DNA of 64,000 bases from Callorhinchus milii (lineage: Eukaryota). The stretch lies in the NCBI RefSeq assembly GCF_018977255.1, contig NW_024704742.1, positions 52,578,001-52,642,000 of the forward strand, given 5' to 3'. Below the pieces are notes generated by a model. It saw nothing but the letters and a program-made list of their open reading frames with translations. It had not been told where the DNA came from and did not search any database. Shown here in pieces: positions 58,801 to 64,000 of the stretch. The position numbers were made by a program, and so were the translations under genes. How positions within the stretch are numbered: the first letter of the stretch is position 1; the number at the start of each line of letters is the position of its first letter.

Positions 58801-61800
58801 CAAAAAGATCTGCTGTACTGCCTTCACAATTGCCCCCCCAACCCCATCAGCACTACATCATCACCCCTCACCCTTCTCACCATTCATATGAAACCTGCCA
58901 GCTGCCCTTGATCCCACCCACAAACAACTTATGTTCATCCAGCAACTGCTTGCTGTCCTACCCCCTACATTAGCAAACATCATCAATGTCTCACTATTCT
59001 CTGCCATTGCATACACTTCTTTCAAAACCACCATTATTAACCCCTCCCCTCAAACAAAAAACACACCTATCCCTTACGTTCACCAGGTATTGCCTCATCT
59101 CCAATATACCCTTCCTTTCTAAGGTGCCGGAACCCACCTTTATCTCTGAGATTTGCTCCTTCCTCTCACCAACCCCTGAATGAGTCCTTCTAAACTGGCT
59201 TCCTGCCCACCTGCACTATGAAGGCAGCCCTGAGTTAAAGGAACAAAAAACACTCTCTTCCTGCAGCCACAGCTCCCTGTGCACCCTTATTCTCCTCAAA
59301 CTCTCTGCCATCTTTGAGACCACTGACCACACCATCCTCCTCCATGGTTTCTCCTCCCTGTTACATATCTGAGCTTTGCGCTTTCCTGGTTTCACTCCCC
59401 ACTATCCAGTCATTGCTAGGTCTCTTCGAACAGCGTTTCCTCCAACCACTGCATGGTTACGTAACATTCCTCGGAGCATCTGAGGTTCTCACCTTTTCCT
59501 CATGTTCTATCCTTAGTTCTCTCCTTTTGCTCATCTACACGCTTCCCTCAATGACATCAATTGCAGGAAACAGGGTCCACTTCCATATGTATGCAGGCAA
59601 CCAAACTCTTACCTTTCTGCCTCCGCCCTTGAACACTGCTGTTCTACCAATCACCTTTCTGACATCAAATCCTGGTCGAGCCACAGCTTTTCCAATTTGT
59701 CTTTCTCCCCTTCCATCAGAATCTCCTCCCTGTATCAACTTTTTCGGGTGCTCATTCCAACTCACCGAGCCTGTGCAGATCCTTAAGGTTTTTTCAACTC
59801 TCAACCCTCTTTGAAATTTTTTATCCAGTCACTAACCAAGACCACTCTTCTCCATCTCCACATTGCCTGCCTCAACCACTCAGCCTAAACCCTCATCTAC
59901 ACATTCGTCAGCCTTCAGAATCAACATTTTCCTGCCCTGCCAGCATCTCTAGCTCCACAACTCCAGAGTCCACATCTACTCCCCCACTAGGCTCCATGAG
60001 CCCATCTCTTCCATCCTCCTCCAGCTCCATGAGTGTTTTAGCCATTCTCACAAAGCTCACCTTTTAGCCTTGTCCTTATCATCTTCATCCACCAATCCAT
60101 CAAAAATGCTACTGTCATCCCTGTTAACACAACAGAAAGTGCAAATGCAGTGGAGGGCTCTTAAAACATATCCATCAGTTTCTCAATGTTCATCTCAAGT
60201 TGAATTTGGCTCCAACATATTTTACTGTGTTTAAATACGAAACTGAAGTTATCTCAAATAGCCCAGTAACCATTTTCTAACATCATATGTCACCAATACA
60301 TTTTGATTCAGTTAAAAATGGTAGCAAGAGGCCTGACCTGCCAATATTTTCTGGTGAGTTGCAGATATACCATGAAAGAGCAACCATAACTGAATCCTTC
60401 TGAGTACATATACCAATCTTGGGAGTCGTAATAACGAAAAATTCACGTTGTGAAGTCCTCATCTTCTAACACCACCTACTAATTCCATTCTCTTAATAAT
60501 AATAAATCTTGCATTTGATATGCCACCTTATCACATCGCAAAATCTTGAAGCAGAGTTTTCTGTAACCTTTAGTGACTGTTTGTAAGTGAACACAGCAGC
60601 CAATTTGCACACAGCATTATCCCACAAACAGCCATGAAGTAGAACTGTTAGAGGTATAATACTGACTTCCATTTTTAAGGTCACCACAGATATCACTTCC
60701 TGCGCACTGCACACATGTGCTACGTGTAAGTGGCACCTTTAATATCACTCTAATGGAATCATACAAACTGGAAGTCAGCCATTTCTGCAGTTGAAAAGAT
60801 ATCTAACAGTCTAAATATGCAAAAAATGTCAAATAAATATTGATATTGGTCTTCTTAAAAACTTCTACAATGAAACATTTCTAAAGCAGATATACAATTG
60901 ATGACCACAAAACAAATTCCATGAAGCAAAGCATACATTTCTCCCAAAAGAAGATACAATATCATGGAATTAATTCAGTTATAAAAATACAATACTTATG
61001 TTCATAAGAGCAAGCAGACTAGAATTATCATCAATCTTTGTATTTGTGACCCAGGATAGTCCAACCTTTTGGCTGCCTCATCCTCTCTCTCACACACAAT
61101 CTCCCTCTCTCAATTACTGTCTCTCACTCCCCCTCTCTCCCGCATACTCTCTCTATCCCCTCTCAAACTCTCTCTTAATCACCCTCTCAACCTCCCCCTC
61201 TCTCCGTTTCTTCCTCTCTCCCTTTCCATCACATTCACTCCCTCCCCTCTCTCAATCTATCTCTGTTCTCTCCCCCTTTCAATCACTGTCCGTCTGCCCC
61301 TCTCTCAGTCTCTCTCTCTCTTTCCCCTTTTCTTACCTCTCACATGTGCTCTCTCCCCTGGGTTCCCCTCTCTCTCCCCCACCAGGTCTCCCCCCCCCGA
61401 ACCACCCCCCCCACTTACCACCACCTCTCCCTACAATCCACCCCCTCTCCCCCCCGCTCCGCCCCTGTACCCACCCTCTCTCCCCCCTGCCCTCCCCCAC
61501 TGCGCACCCCCCCCCTCTCTCCCCCCTACGCACCCCCCCTTTCTCCCCCCACGACGCACCCCCCTCTCTCTCCCCCCCTACGCGCCCCCCCCTCTCTGCC
61601 CCCCCCCTACGCGCCCCCCTCTCTCCCCACCCGCGCATGCCTTTCTGACAAACTGCGGCAACGGCCGGCATTATTTTCATTCTCCGCTCCAGAAGGAATT
61701 AATTTAATACAGTAGTTACCAAAGTGGCAAAAAGGTAGATTAGGAGATTTTTAAAAAAACACAGCATGTGAAATGCCATGTTGGAAGACTTCAATTTGAA

Positions 61801-61990
61801 GTAGTATGGGAAAAGATAGATAAAGGGGCTTGAATTCATTGCTCTTTTAAAGGGCGAGCATAGGGACAATGAGTTGAATATGCCTTCAATATATTGCTAT
61901 TGGAAAAGTAACTTATTTTACCACATTGTAAAAGGAAGTTTTTTTTAAAAAAACTTACCTGTCTGCACAGCTAGAGCTCATCTTATTCAT
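28654..61990 (-). CDS. CLOCK: Circadian locomoter output cycles protein kaput (bHLH-PAS), complete CDS in 20 coding exons, 2496 nt, about 831 aa
   Basis: b[30 protein letters not shown] ([28 protein letters not shown]), exon-19 coiled coil [27 protein letters not shown], and a Q-rich C-terminus. Exon phases chain without a frameshift. It is convergent with TMEM165 as in other vertebrates. This synteny and the N-terminal [20 protein letters not shown] separate it from NPAS2. Confidence 0.97.
29515..29940 (+). mobile_element. CR1 LINE 3' fragment
   Basis: [26 protein letters not shown]; ttcttatgttctt tail. Confidence 0.8.
30168..30411 (-). CDS. CLOCK: CLOCK coding exon 19 (244 nt)
   Basis: [44 protein letters not shown]...QQFLQ. 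Confidence 0.93.
31117..31319 (-). CDS. CLOCK: CLOCK coding exon 18 (203 nt)
   Basis: [36 protein letters not shown]...[12 protein letters not shown]. Confidence 0.92.
32029..32247 (-). CDS. CLOCK: CLOCK coding exon 17 (219 nt)
   Basis: [27 protein letters not shown]...IATSLQ. Confidence 0.88.
32778..32945 (-). mobile_element. CR1 3' end
   Basis: agaacataagaaataggagcaggagtaggccat; near-identical to 48540-48700. Confidence 0.8.
33363..33708 (+). mobile_element. tRNA-derived SINE, full length
   Basis: gtggagttctg..head, body, and gctatatcaaatgcaaggattatt tail. Confidence 0.8.
34111..34269 (-). CDS. CLOCK: CLOCK coding exon 16 (equivalent of mouse exon 19 coiled coil)
   Basis: [53 protein letters not shown]; an alternative in-frame acceptor would start the exon at 34257. 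Confidence 0.93.
34749..34835 (-). CDS. CLOCK: CLOCK coding exon 15 (87 nt)
   Basis: [29 protein letters not shown]; phase 0/0, AG..GT; weakly conserved. Confidence 0.75.
36119..36222 (-). CDS. CLOCK: CLOCK coding exon 14 (104 nt)
   Basis: [35 protein letters not shown]. Confidence 0.9.
36578..36716 (-). CDS. CLOCK: CLOCK coding exon 13 (139 nt)
   Basis: [46 protein letters not shown]. Confidence 0.9.
38390..38465 (-). CDS. CLOCK: CLOCK coding exon 12 (76 nt)
   Basis: [25 protein letters not shown]. Confidence 0.93.
39669..39816 (-). CDS. CLOCK: CLOCK coding exon 11, PAC (148 nt)
   Basis: [50 protein letters not shown]. Confidence 0.95.
42872..42978 (-). CDS. CLOCK: CLOCK coding exon 10 (107 nt)
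   Basis: [35 protein letters not shown]. Confidence 0.95.
43922..44004 (-). CDS. CLOCK: CLOCK coding exon 9, PAS-B start (83 nt)
   Basis: [28 protein letters not shown]. Confidence 0.95.
44200..45160 (+). mobile_element. CR1 fragment with a nested minus-strand CR1 3' end (about 44347-44571)
   Basis: Colinear with 15570-16010 except for the inserted reverse CR1 tail. Confidence 0.75.
45232..45350 (-). CDS. CLOCK: CLOCK coding exon 8 (119 nt)
   Basis: [40 protein letters not shown]. Confidence 0.93.
46453..46566 (-). CDS. CLOCK: CLOCK coding exon 7 (114 nt)
   Basis: [37 protein letters not shown]. Confidence 0.93.
47186..47700. repeat. Unclassified dispersed repeat, copy 2
   Basis: Colinear with 8208-8700. 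Confidence 0.85.
48540..49520 (-). mobile_element. CR1 LINE, RT C-terminus and 3' UTR (5'-truncated)
   Basis: [60 protein letters not shown]. Confidence 0.9.
54539..54659 (-). CDS. CLOCK: CLOCK coding exon 6 (121 nt)
   Basis: [40 protein letters not shown]. Confidence 0.93.
54902..54991 (-). CDS. CLOCK: CLOCK coding exon 5, PAS-A (90 nt)
   Basis: [30 protein letters not shown]. Confidence 0.95.
55322..55646 (-). mobile_element. Young tRNA-derived SINE
   Basis: Head GGAGTCCTGTAGCTCAGTGGTTAGAGCACTCGCTTTGCAAGTGAG..GTTCAATTCC (A box, B box); (tta)n tail. Confidence 0.9.
56415..56506 (-). CDS. CLOCK: CLOCK coding exon 4 (92 nt)
   Basis: [31 protein letters not shown]. Confidence 0.95.
57251..57620 (-). 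mobile_element. tRNA-derived SINE, full length
   Basis: Same family; B box GGTTCGACTCCC. Confidence 0.88.
57671..57819 (-). CDS. CLOCK: CLOCK coding exon 3, bHLH (149 nt)
   Basis: [49 protein letters not shown]. Confidence 0.95.
58780..60030 (+). mobile_element. Degenerate L2 reverse-transcriptase fragment
   Basis: [27 protein letters not shown] and FHMYA remnants across frameshifts. Confidence 0.7.
60061..60120 (-). CDS. CLOCK: CLOCK coding exon 2 (60 nt)
   Basis: [22 protein letters not shown]|gtgagc. Confidence 0.95.
61080..61635. repeat. Polypyrimidine / C-run low-complexity tract
   Basis: CT-rich sequence grading into repeats of ccccccctctctccccccctacgc. Confidence 0.9.
61959..61990 (-). 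CDS. CLOCK: CLOCK coding exon 1 ([11 protein letters not shown]; alternative start at second ATG 61981)
   Basis: ATGAATAAGATGAGCTCTAGCTGTGCAGACAG|gtaagt. Confidence 0.85.
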
Positions 61991-62038
61991 TTATAGTAGC
62001 CAGCAAAAGCAGAAGTATTTCAATCTTATGGTAGACAT
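61991..62038 (-). promoter_or_regulatory. Upstream ORF (MSTIRLKYFCFCWLL*) in the CLOCK 5' UTR, with its stop abutting the main ATG
   Basis: ATG TCT ACC ATA AGA TTG AAA TAC TTC TGC TTT TGC TGG CTA CTA TAA ATG. The nearest acceptors (exon starting 62046 or 62060) lie upstream, so it is exonic. Confidence 0.7.
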
Positions 62039-63646
62039 TTGGCCGACTAAATCAGGAAAACTGAAAAAGTAATGTGGAAGCATGTTAAACTGGTAAAATG
62101 TTTCTGTAAATTAGTAATAAAATTCAATACAGCGAGCATGTGTATTACATTGGAAACTATGTCTTTATATTGCAAATGCATTCGTTATCTATAATTTCTC
62201 CCATTATAAAAATAATACCAGCACAATTTCCCATGCAAGCGTCTTATGTTGAGAAATAGTCAGGTGTAAAGCTTTAAATAAAATAGGATTAGTAGGTTAA
62301 GTGGCAGTGAAACATTATTCTCCATGATCAAACTACTGTAATATCAATAACTAATAGTGGGATCAAAGATGACATGTGCCAGTGGCTTCAAGAGAAACTC
62401 TTTTTTTTAAAAAAACTGATAAATGATTTGAACACTTACTCCTAAATAGAAACCACGTACTGTGTAACTAGCATAGGTAAATTTCTAAATTTTCAGAGCT
62501 CCAGTAATCTGTCAGCCAATTACCTTACTTGTTCCACGAGAGATCTACAGTATCATGTGACAGGACTATTCCCATTTTGATCCTGTATTACATAAATGTT
62601 CCCAAAAACATAAACTGGTAGAATCAAGTTATGAGATGGAAAATTGGATGAATTCCCAGATTTAAATGTACTCTTGAATATAGATCCTAATTTAAAAAAC
62701 ATGCAACATATTTTCATACAACATAGTTACAATTGTGAGAAATTAATGCAGGCTGCAATTTCAGGAAATGCACTGGGCAAGTCTCCAGAAAATGATAGAA
62801 AAGTACATTAAAGTCAAGAACAGCCTAGGGCAAACCAAAGATTTTTAATATAATTTTTAGTATTGAAAATTATTAATTTAAGTAATTATTTCTTCCCGCA
62901 ATATATGCCCCTTCTTATGGTTCCTTCCCTCCTCATCCTGGAGTATAGTTCCACAGATGCTGGTTGCCCGCCCGAGTGGTCATCTTTTCAAATGCTGTCA
63001 CACACTTGCCAATAGATGGTGTTAATAGAGAAACCATGAGTGCACTGGTTTTCCCTGACTCATTTTCTCTTCCCAACCCTGAGAAGGCTATGGCCAATTT
63101 ACCTATTTAGCACCGGATTGTACAAGCAAACTCCAACTCCCTCTCTCCCCTCGTTCAATACAGGCAGTCCGTCCTATAGAGTAAGAGGACCCAGGTTCAA
63201 TTTCCAGACAGAACAAATCCTTAGGCAAGTTTCCTTACTCCACACACCTCTCCATAATGTTTACCTAGCAGTAAGTAGGAACCCGGGTGCTAATGATGTA
63301 CATAAAACTCTGCTGCAATTTAACCATAACTTGCATTTGTTATTTAACTCAATTTTAAGTACTGTTGACGAAAAATAATTCTAAAGATTGAATAAAACTG
63401 CACTTTCAAACTGAAAATATCTCCACAAATGATTTACAAATACTCTGGACATGTTGTCACTCTTTATTAGAACCTCATAATATTTACTATGTGAAACAAT
63501 GTACCATGACTGATAACATTTCTCAATAGAGCAACGCTGTAGCATGTGGTTAGCAAAAAGTAGGTCAAGAAGCCTTAGAAAAATTGTCAAATTAGTAAAA
63601 TTTTGGACAACATGATCAGGAAATCATAGGAATGAAAATACAATAT

Positions 63647-64000
63647 TCAGCCCTTTTCATATCGCGAGGACGACTCAAAGCACTTCAGTGTGCTGGATGT
63701 GCTGGATGTGCAGGCAAGCTGGGCTAAGCCAAGGAGGATGGAGAATAAAGATGGCCAAAAGCAGGGTCGAAGAGGCATGTTTTGAGATGTGCCTCGATGG
63801 AGGGAGCAAATCAGAAGGACTCTGAGATGGAGTTCCATATAGCAGCGGCAACATGGCTGAAAGCTCGTCTCCTGATGATAGTGTGGCTAGGGCAGGGAAT
63901 ATGAAACAGTAATCGTTGAGCAAAGGGAGCAGCAGGGACAGTGTGGTTGGAGGAGGTCACAACGTTAGAGTAGGCCGAGACCGTGGAGGGATTTGAATGG
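63647..64000 (-). mobile_element. L2 3' fragment running off the window end
   Basis: Reverse L2 3' region (gggtcgaaga.., gatggagttcca, ggctgaaagc). Confidence 0.6.

Noticed and set aside
60998..61715. Pro/Ser/Leu-rich ORFs over 200 aa
   Set aside because: A low-complexity C/T tract lacks stop codons by composition.
28654..61990. Alternative identification as NPAS2
   Set aside because: Some PAS-A residues look NPAS2-like, but the N-terminal DDSSIFDGL exon, the C-terminal exons and the TMEM165/SRD5A3 synteny indicate CLOCK.
62520..62590. Possible further non-coding CLOCK 5' exon (minus strand, tacag|GATCAAAATGG...AA|gtaagg)
   Set aside because: Only splice-like dinucleotides support it; transcript data are needed.

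Overview
Eukaryotic (vertebrate) genomic DNA, not prokaryotic. The repeat landscape (tRNA-derived SINEs with L2-type tails, L2 and CR1 LINE fragments, a Penelope-type relic) points to a cartilaginous fish; this is inference. The window holds the conserved SRD5A3-TMEM165-CLOCK syntenic block. It contains the last two coding exons of SRD5A3 (+, stop at 1151) and all six coding exons of TMEM165 (+, 6335-18648) with a CpG-island promoter. It also contains all 20 coding exons of CLOCK (-, 61990-28654, about 831 aa, open frame, all GT-AG introns). Most interesting observations: (1) a 15-codon uORF whose TAA directly abuts the in-frame CLOCK start; (2) a minimal, dimer-type hammerhead ribozyme motif in a Penelope-like relic just upstream of TMEM165 exon 5, which also supplies competing splice acceptors; (3) a 1-nt deletion in a G run that frameshifts the second E-x-G-D-R-S motif of TMEM165 (possibly an assembly error); (4) unusual CLOCK substitutions; (5) two minisatellites, one evidently born inside an L2 copy; (6) an unclassified ~490-bp dispersed repeat. 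Most ORF-track entries are spurious. Exon boundaries were read by hand and repeat boundaries are approximate. Orthologue comparisons rely on recalled sequences and need checking by alignment.
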